Assembly (NCBI GenBank): GCA_014727925.1
Contig: WJMN01000025.1
Location: 2,575-66,574, forward strand
Direction of reading: 5' to 3'
DNA length: 64,000 bases
DNA from: Candidatus Micrarchaeota archaeon
Lineage (GTDB): Archaea > Micrarchaeota > Micrarchaeia > Anstonellales > Bilamarchaeaceae
Below are positions 36,935 through 47,570 of the stretch, piece after piece (within the stretch, counting starts at the first letter, position 1; each line of letters starts with the position of its first letter). The notes below the pieces were generated by a model, which ran no database searches, was not told the origin of the DNA, and saw nothing but the letters and a program-made list of their open reading frames with translations. The position numbers were made by a program, and so were the translations under genes.

Positions 36935-38016
36935 GAGGTAACTTCCTTTAGCCTGTTTTCCTTTTCTGCTTCTTTTATTTCCATTGCTAGCCTGTGCCCG
37001 AAGCTCACCGGCTCCCTGTACAGGTAGGAAGAATAGGGTGTAAATCGGGTGCCAGGGGAGCCGGGCATGCGGAAAGAAACATCAAAAACTACGAAGCGTT
37101 CCTTGCCGTCTTTTTCCTCAATTGCGCCCTGGAGCGCAAATGGGCCGATGAGGCCCTGGGGATAAAACTTCTTTACTGTTTCAACAAAGCGCTCTCCTGC
37201 TTCTATTCCCTTCTGGAGCAGGGACTCGCGCATGGTGGATGCAATATGGCCTGCCTCTATTGTAGTGAAGCGCTTGTGCTTGAGGACCTCGGTCTGCTGG
37301 GGAGCAGGAAGGCGAAGGAGGCCGTCCAGGTTCGTCTGGCGGCGGCAGTCTATCCCAAGTAGCTCAAGCTCATTGTGGAGCGGAGAATAGAAAAAGTTGA
37401 AATTGAACTGGGCACCCAGAATGAACTCTTCAATGCGGGATGCCTGGAGGTCTTCCTCTTTTATTATGCCTTCCTTGAGGAGCTTTGTGCTTTTTTCTTC
37501 GTATTCTTTTGGGGAAGCGACGAAGAAGAAGGCACGCTCATAAGAGCGCTTTGCATCCTGCACCTTTACAAGGGAAAGTGCATCAATTGAATCAGGGGTA
37601 AAAGTGCGGGCAGTATTTACATCTGCAGCTTCAAGCAGGTCGTACTGGTTGTTTTTTGCGGTGCGCTCCTCTGCACGGAGAAGGTATTTATTTCCGAAAA
37701 TGGGGGCTTTGAACTTGTTTTCAATATTGTCGTAGCCTACATAGACAGAGAAGGAGCGGTTTGGGATGAATACTGAATCCTTTAGCTGGTCCTGGACTTC
37801 GGGCTTGACCATGTCCGTGAATTCATCTACAAGGATTACATCATCCACGACTCCGAGTTCCCGGGAGCCGCGCTTGCGGGTTTTGTAGTGCTTTGAGTAG
37901 GTACTCTCCCTACCTCTCTTGCAGATGACCAGGGACTTGTAGCCTTCGGCTTTTGCCCCTTCAGAAACATCCAGTGCGGAATGGCTTCCCAGTGTTGAAA
38001 TAAACATATTGCTCAC
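36931..38016 (-). CDS. PurP-like ATP-grasp protein, paralogue 2
   Basis: STLGSHSALDV..GAK.EG, PNRSF..Y, ERAFF, RESLL, IGPFALQ and FDVS.R.PGSPG motifs. Confidence 0.88.
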   Translation of the reverse strand: MSNMFISTLGSHSALDVSEGAKAEGYKSLVICKRGRESTYSKHYKTRKRGSRELGVVDDVILVDEFTDMVKPEVQDQLKDSVFIPNRSFSVYVGYDNIENKFKAPIFGNKYLLRAEERTAKNNQYDLLEAADVNTARTFTPDSIDALSLVKVQDAKRSYERAFFFVASPKEYEEKSTKLLKEGIIKEEDLQASRIEEFILGAQFNFNFFYSPLHNELELLGIDCRRQTNLDGLLRLPAPQQTEVLKHKRFTTIEAGHIASTMRESLLQKGIEAGERFVETVKKFYPQGLIGPFALQGAIEEKDGKERFVVFDVSFRMPGSPGTRFTPYSSYLYREPVSFGHRLAMEIKEAEKENRLKEVTS

Positions 38017-38059
38017 CTTGCATTAATCTAAATAATTAGGAATAAAAGGGTTGGTAAGT

Positions 38060-38079
38060 TTTGTAACCATGGTTACAAA
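38060..38079. promoter_or_regulatory. perfect 20-bp palindrome TTTGTAACCATGGTTACAAA
   Basis: Direct reading; lies between the cca stop codon and the promoter of the PurP-like gene. Confidence 0.5.
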
Positions 38080-38081
38080 CC

Positions 38082-39398
38082 TCAACGCGGCACCCAGTTA
38101 ACCATGAAGTGTTCTTCAAGCGCAAGAGGATAATCCTCAATGATTGAATCAACTGCAAAAAACTTCGCTTTTTGGGCAAGATGCTGGAAATGGGAGGGAA
38201 AATTCTTCCCCTTCCTGAATCTATCTATTGCAAGGGATATGTCCCGGAGCTTGCGGTCTTCCATTGCATTTATTCTCCCATGCTCAAAAAAGAAGGGGGG
38301 GGTGTGCTTCTTTATGAAATGTGAGATGTGTTGGTGCTGGTCCAGGAATGGCCCCCTAAATACCTGTGTTTTGGGAAGTACAGGCGAGCGCAGTTCAAAA
38401 AGCAAGAGGCATGATGACTCTGTTGCATACGGGTGTACTCCCAGCACAACAAACTCTGCCTTCTTAAGGAAAGATTCCAGCCTTCCCGCAACCCGCCACA
38501 GCTGCCCCCACATCACATCATCAACCACGTCCGGCCTTTCAAAACACAGCGCAAAGAAAAATCTTCCTTCTGTTTTTTCCCTGAGCTCTTCCCTGTCCAT
38601 TGAGGCGGGAAAGAAATACTTTTCCGATGGATTACCAATGTAGCTGGAAGAAAGGAGGATGAAGCGGCCCAGGTTATCGCGAGTAATTACAGCAGAAACG
38701 TTGCGGGTAAGGTCAACAGGGTCTATAACTGTGAGGGGGGCCTTGAAATCCGGGATTGCCCTGGAGGGCCCATAGTGCTTTTCCGGGTCCAGGGCAACAG
38801 GGAGCTTCCATTCTGATGCTGCTTCCATAACCTTTTCAAAATCCCCGTAATGCAGGACCAGGAGCTCGCAGAGGTAGCCGGAAAACCCCTTCCTCTTTAT
38901 TTCTGCTCCGTAAAGCAGGTTAGCTTTCAGGAACTGTTTCAGGAGAAGTACTTCCCTGCGCTGGGCAGGTTTCATCTTGCCTAGGATGTATTCTGTATGC
39001 AGCTGTGAGCGGTCCACTGAAGACTTTACCCTTCCGCCCGGCTTCATTTTATAGGAAGGGACAAGGTCAATGCGCTTTCCGCCAAGAAAGAGGCGGAGGT
39101 AGGGGTGCTCTGCATACCCTGTTTCCCTTGGGGCATTAGGAAACGCTTTTTTGGCTGCATTCTCCAGCTTTTTGAACATCCCTTCTTTTGTGTAGGACTT
39201 TGGGAAAACCGCAAAAAGGTCTATGTCCCCTGCCCCCTCAAGGAAGGTGCCTTTTGCAACTGAGCCGGCAAGTGCGGTTTTCACATTCCCTGGCAGGTGC
39301 CTCTCCAAGGAGTTCTGGGTGTCTCTTGCAATTTTCCTTGCACTGGCAGTCTCCGAACGGGAGGGGGCAATCTTAGCCAGCACCTTCGTTTTGTCCAT
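38082..39398 (-). CDS. cca: CCA-adding tRNA nucleotidyltransferase (class I)
   Basis: GSVAKGTFL...DIDLF, YAEHPY, VDRS..H, GFSGYLCELL and DPVD..RNV motifs. Confidence 0.95.
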   Translation of the reverse strand: MDKTKVLAKIAPSRSETASARKIARDTQNSLERHLPGNVKTALAGSVAKGTFLEGAGDIDLFAVFPKSYTKEGMFKKLENAAKKAFPNAPRETGYAEHPYLRLFLGGKRIDLVPSYKMKPGGRVKSSVDRSQLHTEYILGKMKPAQRREVLLLKQFLKANLLYGAEIKRKGFSGYLCELLVLHYGDFEKVMEAASEWKLPVALDPEKHYGPSRAIPDFKAPLTVIDPVDLTRNVSAVITRDNLGRFILLSSSYIGNPSEKYFFPASMDREELREKTEGRFFFALCFERPDVVDDVMWGQLWRVAGRLESFLKKAEFVVLGVHPYATESSCLLLFELRSPVLPKTQVFRGPFLDQHQHISHFIKKHTPPFFFEHGRINAMEDRKLRDISLAIDRFRKGKNFPSHFQHLAQKAKFFAVDSIIEDYPLALEEHFMVNWVPR

Positions 39399-39562
39399 CC
39401 TGCTAGGTTGAACGGTACCAAAATTTAAATGCTTTAATCAGGGCAAAAACCAGGGAACAGGAGTGTTCCTCAAAAAGCCCAAAAGATATGGGTGTTTTTA
39501 CGACGGTGTGCTTTTGGGGCGGGCAGACAAAGGTTTATAAGCTAAATCTTCTAAATTTTGAC

Positions 39563-41851
39563 ATGCGATGGCTGACTATATTTCTTTTGTTCTCCCTTCT
39601 GTTTTACGGATGTGTTGAAGAGAGGCAGGTAAGCATAACCGGATATGAAAAAATTCAAAGTATTTCAGGAGAAGACATAAGCGGTGATGGGACAGCAGAG
39701 ATAAAAACATACGAATACAGCCCGGAATCTATAGACAAGGAACTGGGCATCTATATGCAGAAGATGGTAATAACATACCCTGTGTCCTTTGATGTGGGAA
39801 TAACAGGATACCTGCCCATAACAGACATGGACCTCTCGGAAATCAAGCAGGATGTAGCGGAATTCCAGGAAAAAAGAAAGGAGGGTGAATCTGCTTGCGC
39901 TGCCGCCCTGAACCTGGATGCAGATGAATGCCTGGATGAGGAATCCTGCCTTTCATCCTGCAGTAGCCAGGCATGCGAAAACACAAAAAAATACAACGAA
40001 GAGGCGCTGGGCAGAGAAATCTATCTTTTCAACCACTATGGGGACGAACTGGACAGGGTTGCAGATGAAATAAATGAAATTGACTCGGTTGCAACGCAGG
40101 AGGAAAAGGACGTTCTTGCAGGGAAACTGAGCACGATGATTGCCCTCTCCGGTGCAATAAAGTCAAGCCTGCTCTTCAGTGATGATGGTTTTGGCGCCTG
40201 TGCCCAGCCCCAGTACAACATATCGATGATAAGGGAGGGGCTCTCAAAAATAGGGGATGTGGAAATGTCTCCTGCCCAGTATGATTACAAAGTCCTGATT
40301 TTCATAAAAGACGGGAAAACCGAGGATGTTGTGGAGCTTTACATAAAAGACAGCCCGCCTGCCCTTGTTTCAGTTGAGCCGTTTTCCCTTGAGGTCCTAG
40401 GAAACGGCAAGACGTATGAGCAGGAGCCGCTCACAGTAGGATGGGACAAGGTAGAGGCAGATTTCCCGGGAAAATTCTTATATTACAGCTTTAGCTCCGA
40501 AACTGCCCCGGATGAATCGGTAATGGGAAAATGGAAATACCCCGGGGTGCGGGAGAGAAAACTTTCCGCGATAAAATACTTCAACGAGTTCTATGAAAAC
40601 CCAATAGGGAACTTTATGTTCTCTTTTTCTGCAGGGGTGTTTTCCCTTTTCCTTTTCCTAGGCTATTACCCTGCAATCGGGGCAGCCATTTCAGTATGGC
40701 TGGTCCTCTTTTTCCTGGCAATGCTGGCCCTAGAAACAATATACCACATAGTAAAGGCAGGTGTTGACCGGAGGGATTCAAAAGAGGCCCTGCTTGATGC
40801 TTATGGCGCCCCAATGTCAGACTGGAGAATATATGCGGGGGTGGGTTTTGCCCTGGTAATGCTTGCAGTATTGGCAAACATGTTCTATACTGCCCCTGTT
40901 GAATCACAGGCATTTGAAGCAGAGAACCTTATGGCCACAATAGGCTCGGATTTTGCAGGTGCGATAGTAATCCTTATTTTTATAATCGGGGTTTATACCA
41001 TATTCCTTGTAGTTGAGGATGTTCTAAAGGGGCTCATGACCGGCAGCGACTACTATGCGCTCAGGGGAGCCACAAAAGAGGAAAACATGGAAGGGCTTGC
41101 AGAGCTCAGGGAGCACTGGCAGGCCCTGAAAATGAGGGTGGAGGACCTTTCCAAAACCGGGATGAAAGTCAGAGATGAGTACGCAATGATTGTGTCTGTT
41201 CCCATTGAAAGGCTAGAGCAGATGATTGCATCAGGAAAGCAGGGAATGGCAAAACAGCTCATACGCTTCAACAGAGGGAGGATGGAGACCCTAGAGAAAC
41301 GGCTTGACGAGAAAGTGGAAATAATGGAGGAAAAATGGCCGGAATGGGAGGGGGAGCTTGCCCATGCCCTCTCAGGAAACGAAAAAGTGCCTATGAACAC
41401 CCTGCTGTTTATTCCAATGCAGTGGAGAGAATGGGCAGTTGAAAAATACATAAGCGAACACCGCAAGAAAGGATATGTTCTGGAAGGAGACGTGATTATC
41501 AAGAGGGAAATAGAGGTAGACAAAATCCTGGAAAAGAAACTGCGGGAGATGCTGAAAAAGAAGAGCGTAAAGCAGGCCATCCTCCTTTCAGAAGATGTTG
41601 AAGCTTACAATTCTTTTCCGAAAGGGAAGAAATCTGTTGCTAACGTGCTTTTCCTAAAGCTTCAGGAGCATATCAGGGTGCTCTCAAAAAAGATGGGGGC
41701 ATCCCAGGTAAAGCGGTTCATGATTTCAGGAGAAAAGAATGCCGCGGTGTACCTAGAATACAAAAACCACCAGGCCCTGGTGGTATCCGACCGGGCGAAG
41801 GTAAAGGATGTTATCGGGGAATGGGAAGATACCATTGAAGACCTTGAATAA
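39563..41851 (+). CDS. large multi-domain membrane protein (lipobox, Cys-rich ectodomain, several TMs, coiled coil, Roadblock-like C-terminus)
   Basis: FYGC signal, Cys cluster, about 4 hydrophobic segments, cytoplasmic helices; family not recognised. Confidence 0.7.
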   Translation: MRWLTIFLLFSLLFYGCVEERQVSITGYEKIQSISGEDISGDGTAEIKTYEYSPESIDKELGIYMQKMVITYPVSFDVGITGYLPITDMDLSEIKQDVAEFQEKRKEGESACAAALNLDADECLDEESCLSSCSSQACENTKKYNEEALGREIYLFNHYGDELDRVADEINEIDSVATQEEKDVLAGKLSTMIALSGAIKSSLLFSDDGFGACAQPQYNISMIREGLSKIGDVEMSPAQYDYKVLIFIKDGKTEDVVELYIKDSPPALVSVEPFSLEVLGNGKTYEQEPLTVGWDKVEADFPGKFLYYSFSSETAPDESVMGKWKYPGVRERKLSAIKYFNEFYENPIGNFMFSFSAGVFSLFLFLGYYPAIGAAISVWLVLFFLAMLALETIYHIVKAGVDRRDSKEALLDAYGAPMSDWRIYAGVGFALVMLAVLANMFYTAPVESQAFEAENLMATIGSDFAGAIVILIFIIGVYTIFLVVEDVLKGLMTGSDYYALRGATKEENMEGLAELREHWQALKMRVEDLSKTGMKVRDEYAMIVSVPIERLEQMIASGKQGMAKQLIRFNRGRMETLEKRLDEKVEIMEEKWPEWEGELAHALSGNEKVPMNTLLFIPMQWREWAVEKYISEHRKKGYVLEGDVIIKREIEVDKILEKKLREMLKKKSVKQAILLSEDVEAYNSFPKGKKSVANVLFLKLQEHIRVLSKKMGASQVKRFMISGEKNAAVYLEYKNHQALVVSDRAKVKDVIGEWEDTIEDLE

Positions 41852-41889
41852 GACGATGTAGAAAGCAAAAACATAGGGAGTGAGTAAAA

Positions 41890-43770
41890 ATGTCTGAAGA
41901 ATATAGTGCAGAATCAATCAGAGTGCTTGAAGGGCTTGAGGGAGTCCGCAGAAGACCCGCAATGTACATCGGGGACACTTCAAAGAGAGGGCTCCACCAC
42001 CTGATATTTGAAGTGGTTGACAACAGCATAGATGAAGCGCTTGCAGGCTACTGCAAGAACATAGAAGTAATTCTTGAGAAGGATGGTTCGGTAATGATAA
42101 GGGATGACGGAAGGGGAATCCCGGTTGAAACACACAGCAAGACCGGCAAATCCGCGCTTGAGCTTGTTACAACTGTTTTGCATGCAGGCGGAAAATTTGA
42201 GAAAAAGGCATATCAGGTAAGCGGGGGGCTTCACGGGGTAGGCATGTCCGTTGTGAATGCACTCAGCGAATGGATGGAAGCAGAAGTCCACAGGAATGGA
42301 AAAATCCACAAACAGAAATACGGCCTGGGCAAGCCAACAACCCCTGTGGAAATAACAGGGGGAACAGGATACACTGGGACGATAATCAGGTTCAAGCCGG
42401 ATATGAGCATATTCACCGGGGAACTCAGCTTCAACTACCTAGAAGAAAGAATGAGGGAGCTTGCATTCCTTAACGCAGGACTGAAAATAACCCTCAGGGA
42501 TGCAACATCAGGGCAGGAGGAAACATTCCAGTTTGAGGGGGGGCTGAAGACTTTCGTGGAATATATGAACAAATCCAGGAAACCCATACAGGAAACATTC
42601 AGATATTCCAAAAAAGAAAAGGAGGTTGATGTTGAGTATGCAATTCAGTACACAGAAAACTTTACACCGGTTGTGCACTCTTTTGTAAACAACATAAATA
42701 CAGTTGAAGGGGGGACCCACCTGGTGGGGTTCAGGATAGCACTTACCCGCGCAATAAATGAATACCTGAAGGGAAACAAGGCGCTTAAGGGAAGGAGAAT
42801 AAGTGGGGATGACGTGATGGAAGGGCTTACTGCAATATTAAGCGTAAAAGTCATGGAGCCGCAGTTTGAGGGGCAGACAAAAACAAAGCTGGGCAATGCG
42901 GAAGTGAAGGGGATAACCTCCCATATTGTTTATGAAAGCCTCATGCAATACCTTGCAGAAAATCCGGGGGACGCAAGAAAAATAGGTGAAAAGGTAATCG
43001 GGGCAATGAATGCAAGGGAAGCTGCGCAGAAGGCAAAGGAGGTAATAAGAAGGAAAAGCATTTTTGAGAGCACTGTGCTTCCAGGCAAGCTTGCTGATTG
43101 CATGGAAAAGAACCCGGAAAAGGCAGAGCTGTTTATTGTGGAAGGGGATTCTGCAGGCGGGAGTGCAAAACAGGGCAGGGACCGCAAAACCCAGGCCGTC
43201 CTGCCCCTCAGGGGAAAAATACTGAACGTGGAAAAGGCCCAGATACACAAAATACTAAAAAACGAGGAGATACGTGCACTCATAACCAGCCTGGGAACGG
43301 GTTTCGGAGAAGACTTTGAGTTGGCAAAACTGCGCTACCACAAGATAATAATAATGACGGATGCGGATGTGGATGGCAGCCATATCCGGACACTCCTTCT
43401 TACGCTGTTCTACAGGTATTTCCGGGAAGTTGTTGAAGGGGGGTACCTCTACATTGCCCAGCCCCCTCTTTTCCGGGTAAAGAAGGGAAAGCGTTCAGAA
43501 TACGCATACACACAACCGGAGCTTGCAAAGCTGGTGGGGGAGATGGGCGAGAGTGCCCACGTTTCAAGGTACAAGGGGCTTGGTGAAATGAACCCAAAGC
43601 AGCTCTGGGAAACTACCCTGGACCCCGAGCACAGGGCAATGAAGCAGGTGAAGATACAGGACGCAATGCTTGCAGATGAGCTTTTTACTACCCTGATGGG
43701 GGATACGGTGGAGCCGAGAAGAAAATTCATAGAAAAGCATGCCCTTGAGGTGGAAAACCTGGATGTGTAG
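41890..43770 (+). CDS. gyrB: DNA gyrase subunit B
   Basis: EGLEGVRRRPAMYIG, DDGRGIP, SGGLHGVG, EGDSAGG, PLRGK, MTDADVDG and YKGLGEMN motifs. Confidence 0.97.
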   Translation: MSEEYSAESIRVLEGLEGVRRRPAMYIGDTSKRGLHHLIFEVVDNSIDEALAGYCKNIEVILEKDGSVMIRDDGRGIPVETHSKTGKSALELVTTVLHAGGKFEKKAYQVSGGLHGVGMSVVNALSEWMEAEVHRNGKIHKQKYGLGKPTTPVEITGGTGYTGTIIRFKPDMSIFTGELSFNYLEERMRELAFLNAGLKITLRDATSGQEETFQFEGGLKTFVEYMNKSRKPIQETFRYSKKEKEVDVEYAIQYTENFTPVVHSFVNNINTVEGGTHLVGFRIALTRAINEYLKGNKALKGRRISGDDVMEGLTAILSVKVMEPQFEGQTKTKLGNAEVKGITSHIVYESLMQYLAENPGDARKIGEKVIGAMNAREAAQKAKEVIRRKSIFESTVLPGKLADCMEKNPEKAELFIVEGDSAGGSAKQGRDRKTQAVLPLRGKILNVEKAQIHKILKNEEIRALITSLGTGFGEDFELAKLRYHKIIIMTDADVDGSHIRTLLLTLFYRYFREVVEGGYLYIAQPPLFRVKKGKRSEYAYTQPELAKLVGEMGESAHVSRYKGLGEMNPKQLWETTLDPEHRAMKQVKIQDAMLADELFTTLMGDTVEPRRKFIEKHALEVENLDV

Positions 43771-43779
43771 GTGATTCCC

Positions 43780-46203
43780 ATGACAGTAACAGAAATCCCG
43801 ATTGAAGAAGACATGAAAAGCTCATACATGGACTACGCAATGAGCGTGATAGTCAGCAGGGCCCTTCCTGATGCGCGAGACGGGCTCAAGCCTGTGCACA
43901 GGAGGATATTGTATGGGATGTATGAGCTGGGGAACACCCATACCAAATCCTACAAAAAAAGCGCAAGGATAGTAGGGGAAGTCCTTGGTAAATACCATCC
44001 CCATGGAGATGCCGCAATATACGATTCCCTTGTAAGGATGGCCCAGCCATTCAGCCTCAGGGAAGTGCTGGTTGACGGGCAGGGAAACTTTGGAAGCGTT
44101 GACGGGGATTCTGCAGCGGCAATGAGGTACACAGAAGTGAGAATGAAGGCAATTGCCGAGGAATTCCTCCAGGATATAGAAAGGGATACTGTGGATTTTG
44201 TGCCAAACTTTGACGGCACGCTAAAAGAGCCAACTGTCCTCCCTTCAAGAATCCCCGGGCTGCTGGTAAACGGCTCTGCGGGGATTGCGGTTGGGATGGC
44301 AACGAATGTGCCTCCGCACAACCTTTCGGAAATACTTGATGGGGTTGTTGCAGTTATAGATGGGGCAGGGGAAGAGGACCTGCTGGGAATAGTAAAGGGC
44401 CCGGACTTCCCCACAGGTGGCTGCATAGTAGGCAAGAGAGGGATATTGGATGCATACGCCAAAGGGAGGGGGATAGTAAGGGTGAGGGGGAAGGCAGAGA
44501 CAGAAGAAGGCCACATAATCATAACTGAAATACCCTACCAGGTCAACAAGACAAACCTCATCCGCCAGGTTGTAGAGAGGGTAAAGGAAAAGAAAATAGA
44601 CGGAATAAGCGGAATGCATGACCATTCGGACAAGGACGGAATGAATATAAAGGTGGACCTCAAGCGGGGGGAAGACCCGGAAATAGTGCTCAGGCAGCTT
44701 TATGCACACACTGACCTGGAAAAAAGCTTTGGGATAATAAACCTTGCACTGGTCGGGGGGAAACCAAAGGAGCTCACATTGCATGAGATGATAAGCGAAT
44801 TCATCAATTTCCGCAAGGAAGTCATTGTAAGGAGGAGCAGGTTTGAGCTCAAAAAGGCCCAAGACCGGCTGCACCTCCTAGAGGGGCTGATTGTTGCCCT
44901 GCAGAACATAAACCCGGTAATTGAAATCATAAAATCCGCTTCAGACAAGGAGGCGGCCAAAGCATCCCTGGGTGAAGTTTATGGAATTTCTGAAAAGCAG
45001 GCAAACGCCATACTGGAAATGAAGCTGCAGAAACTTACTGGCATGGAACGGGAAGAAATTGAAAGGGAGAAGAATGAAAAGGAAGGGCTGATAAGGGAGC
45101 TTGAAGAGCTCCTCGGAGACGAGCAAAAAATACTTGATGTAATAAAGAAGGAATCCCAGGAGATGAAGGCAAGGTTCGGCTCCCCAAGGAAAACAGAAAT
45201 CCTTGAAGGTGAAGAAGATGAGGGGATAGAGGCGCTAATCCCTGATGAAAAGGTTGTTGTCACATTTTCCAAGAGAGGTTACATAAAGAGGGTTCCCCTT
45301 GAGGAATACCACAAGCAGAAGAGGGGGGGACTCGGGGTGATAGGTGCAGAAACTGTTGAGGGCGACTTTATAGAAGACCTCATAGTGACTACTAACCACA
45401 AATACCTCCTGTTCTTTACAGATGAGGGAAGGGCCCACTGGCTCAAGACCTACAAAATCCCGGAGGGGGGAAGGTATTCTAAGGGAAAGCCGGTAGTGAA
45501 CCTCCTGGACCTCAGGGAGGAAACGGTAAATACCTGGATAGCTGTGGACGAATTCAGGGAAAACGAATACCTGATTATGGCCACCAAGAACGGGACGGTG
45601 AACAAAACAAGGCTCTCTGCATTCAGCAGGCCCAGAAAAGGGGGAATCCGCGCAATAACCCTTAGGGAGGCTGATGAGCTGATAGGGGTAAGAAAAACGG
45701 GTGGAAACCAAACCCTCCTGCTCGGTACAGAAAACGGGCTGGCTATACGGTTCGATGAAAATGATGTGCGGGAAACCGGGAGGGGCTCCATGGGGGTGAG
45801 GGGAATACGCCTGAGGAAGGGGGACAGGGTTGTTGGGTTTGCAGTATGCCGCAAGCCGCACATCCTGACTATTACTGAAAACGGGTACGGAAAAAGGACG
45901 CTGCTGGAGGACTACCGTGTGCAGGGAAGAGGGGGCAAGGGAATAATAAACATAAAAACCGGGGGCCGGAACGGAAAAGTGGTCACGGTAAAGGCAGTAG
46001 ATGGGGGTGATGAGATAATGGTTGTTAGCTCCAGGGGGAGAATAATACGCATGGGTGCGCAGGGAATCTCCACCATAGGGAGGAATACCATGGGGGTGAG
46101 GGTAGCAAAGCTCAAGGAAAACGAGAGAATATCATCCTGTGCAGTGCTGAGCCTAGAAAAGGCCGAGGCAGAAGTGGAAGAGGCGAGCAACGGGGGGAAG
46201 TAG
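43780..46203 (+). CDS. gyrA: DNA gyrase subunit A
   Basis: [22 protein letters not shown] (catalytic Tyr), GyrA-box QKRGGLG and beta-pinwheel repeats. Confidence 0.97.
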   Translation: MTVTEIPIEEDMKSSYMDYAMSVIVSRALPDARDGLKPVHRRILYGMYELGNTHTKSYKKSARIVGEVLGKYHPHGDAAIYDSLVRMAQPFSLREVLVDGQGNFGSVDGDSAAAMRYTEVRMKAIAEEFLQDIERDTVDFVPNFDGTLKEPTVLPSRIPGLLVNGSAGIAVGMATNVPPHNLSEILDGVVAVIDGAGEEDLLGIVKGPDFPTGGCIVGKRGILDAYAKGRGIVRVRGKAETEEGHIIITEIPYQVNKTNLIRQVVERVKEKKIDGISGMHDHSDKDGMNIKVDLKRGEDPEIVLRQLYAHTDLEKSFGIINLALVGGKPKELTLHEMISEFINFRKEVIVRRSRFELKKAQDRLHLLEGLIVALQNINPVIEIIKSASDKEAAKASLGEVYGISEKQANAILEMKLQKLTGMEREEIEREKNEKEGLIRELEELLGDEQKILDVIKKESQEMKARFGSPRKTEILEGEEDEGIEALIPDEKVVVTFSKRGYIKRVPLEEYHKQKRGGLGVIGAETVEGDFIEDLIVTTNHKYLLFFTDEGRAHWLKTYKIPEGGRYSKGKPVVNLLDLREETVNTWIAVDEFRENEYLIMATKNGTVNKTRLSAFSRPRKGGIRAITLREADELIGVRKTGGNQTLLLGTENGLAIRFDENDVRETGRGSMGVRGIRLRKGDRVVGFAVCRKPHILTITENGYGKRTLLEDYRVQGRGGKGIINIKTGGRNGKVVTVKAVDGGDEIMVVSSRGRIIRMGAQGISTIGRNTMGVRVAKLKENERISSCAVLSLEKAEAEVEEASNGGK

Positions 46204-46242
46204 GGTTTTAAAGGTGGAGGAATAATCATTAGCCGTGATAAG

Positions 46243-47514
46243 ATGTGGAATATGCTCCTGAGCCGGGTTCTATGCCTGCTCCTTTTTGCGCTTGTTTTTT
46301 CACCGGGCATTGCAAAAGCCTGTGAGCCAGGGTTTGTGGATACCCTGGATATAAAAATAATCGACCACAAGTACCGCCCCATTGAAGGGGCAGCAGTAAA
46401 TGTCACTTACCAGAAGGACAGGACCACCGGGAAAGGGTATGTGACCACCAACACCCAGTATACCGGAGAAGATGGAAGGGTAGAAGAAACCATAAGAAAT
46501 ACTGAGACCTTTGAAAGCAGGGTTGAATGCGGGCTCACCATACGCGCAGAATACGACGGAGCGGTTGTGGAAAGGGAGATACAGGCAAACGACCACGCCA
46601 ATGAACTCCAGGTACGGTTCGGGGATGCATACCTGCTCTCGCTCAAGGTTGTGGACAGGTACGGGCAGCCTCTTGCAAATACACAGGTAAGAGTAAACCA
46701 GATGTACCGCAACACAACAGAAAGCGGGTATGTAAACATTATAGTTAACGAGGGAATTACCGAAATCGCAGTTCCCTACAAAAACGGGGTAATAACCAAA
46801 GAGGTGGAAGTAACAGAAGACAAGACATACACCCTCCAGGCAAGGGTGTATCCGCTCCACCTGGAGGTGGTAGATGACATGGGGGGGCCGCTGGATGCGG
46901 AGATAACTGTGGAGGATATGGAATTTGAAAGTTCAGAAGTGGATATAGAGGAAATAGCGCTGCAGCACCCATATGTTGTCGTTTCCTACGGAATGGTGGA
47001 AAGGGTGCCCGAGATAAACCTGGCAGAGCAGACAGAATACATTATTTCTTTTGACATTACACCCCCAGAGATAACAGATGTTGAAGTAAGGAGAGAGGAT
47101 GGGGAATTGAGGATATTTTTTTATATTAATGACCCAAATGCTTATGCAAGCGGGGCAGATCTTGCAGAAACCTCCATAAGCTATACCCTAGAAGGGATTA
47201 CCCATACGGCAATCCCCTATGCAGACAGCGGCGGTTATGTGGTGGATATTCCCGAGCCCCCGGAAAATACTCTTTTGAGGTTCACCATAACTGCTTACGA
47301 TAACGAGGGAAATATGAATACTGTGAATGGGCAGTATCTCATAACCCCAGAAGAAGAGGACGGGGAAGAAAATGGTGAAGGTGAGGGGGACGGGGGGGAA
47401 GAGCCCCTAGAAGAGAGCGACAATACCTGCCTTTTGGTTGGAGGTGCTCTTGCCGCTGTAATTGTGGTGTACTTGGTATGGAGATATGTGAAAGGACTTA
47501 CCGAAGAGGAATAA
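46243..47514 (+). CDS. secreted Ig/carboxypeptidase-regulatory-like domain protein with C-terminal TM anchor
   Basis: Signal peptide, D...RPIEGA.V and VVD..G.PL repeats, acidic linker, TM segment near C-terminus. Confidence 0.7.
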   Translation: MWNMLLSRVLCLLLFALVFSPGIAKACEPGFVDTLDIKIIDHKYRPIEGAAVNVTYQKDRTTGKGYVTTNTQYTGEDGRVEETIRNTETFESRVECGLTIRAEYDGAVVEREIQANDHANELQVRFGDAYLLSLKVVDRYGQPLANTQVRVNQMYRNTTESGYVNIIVNEGITEIAVPYKNGVITKEVEVTEDKTYTLQARVYPLHLEVVDDMGGPLDAEITVEDMEFESSEVDIEEIALQHPYVVVSYGMVERVPEINLAEQTEYIISFDITPPEITDVEVRREDGELRIFFYINDPNAYASGADLAETSISYTLEGITHTAIPYADSGGYVVDIPEPPENTLLRFTITAYDNEGNMNTVNGQYLITPEEEDGEENGEGEGDGGEEPLEESDNTCLLVGGALAAVIVVYLVWRYVKGLTEEE

Positions 47515-47570
47515 CGATAGGTTTATAAATCTGATAGACGTAATAATACTGTGAATAAAAACGGAAAAAG

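Noticed and set aside
41890..46203. Gyrase in an archaeon as a novelty
   Set aside because: Bacterial-type gyrase is already known in several archaeal lineages including some DPANN; motifs are canonical and there are no inteins.
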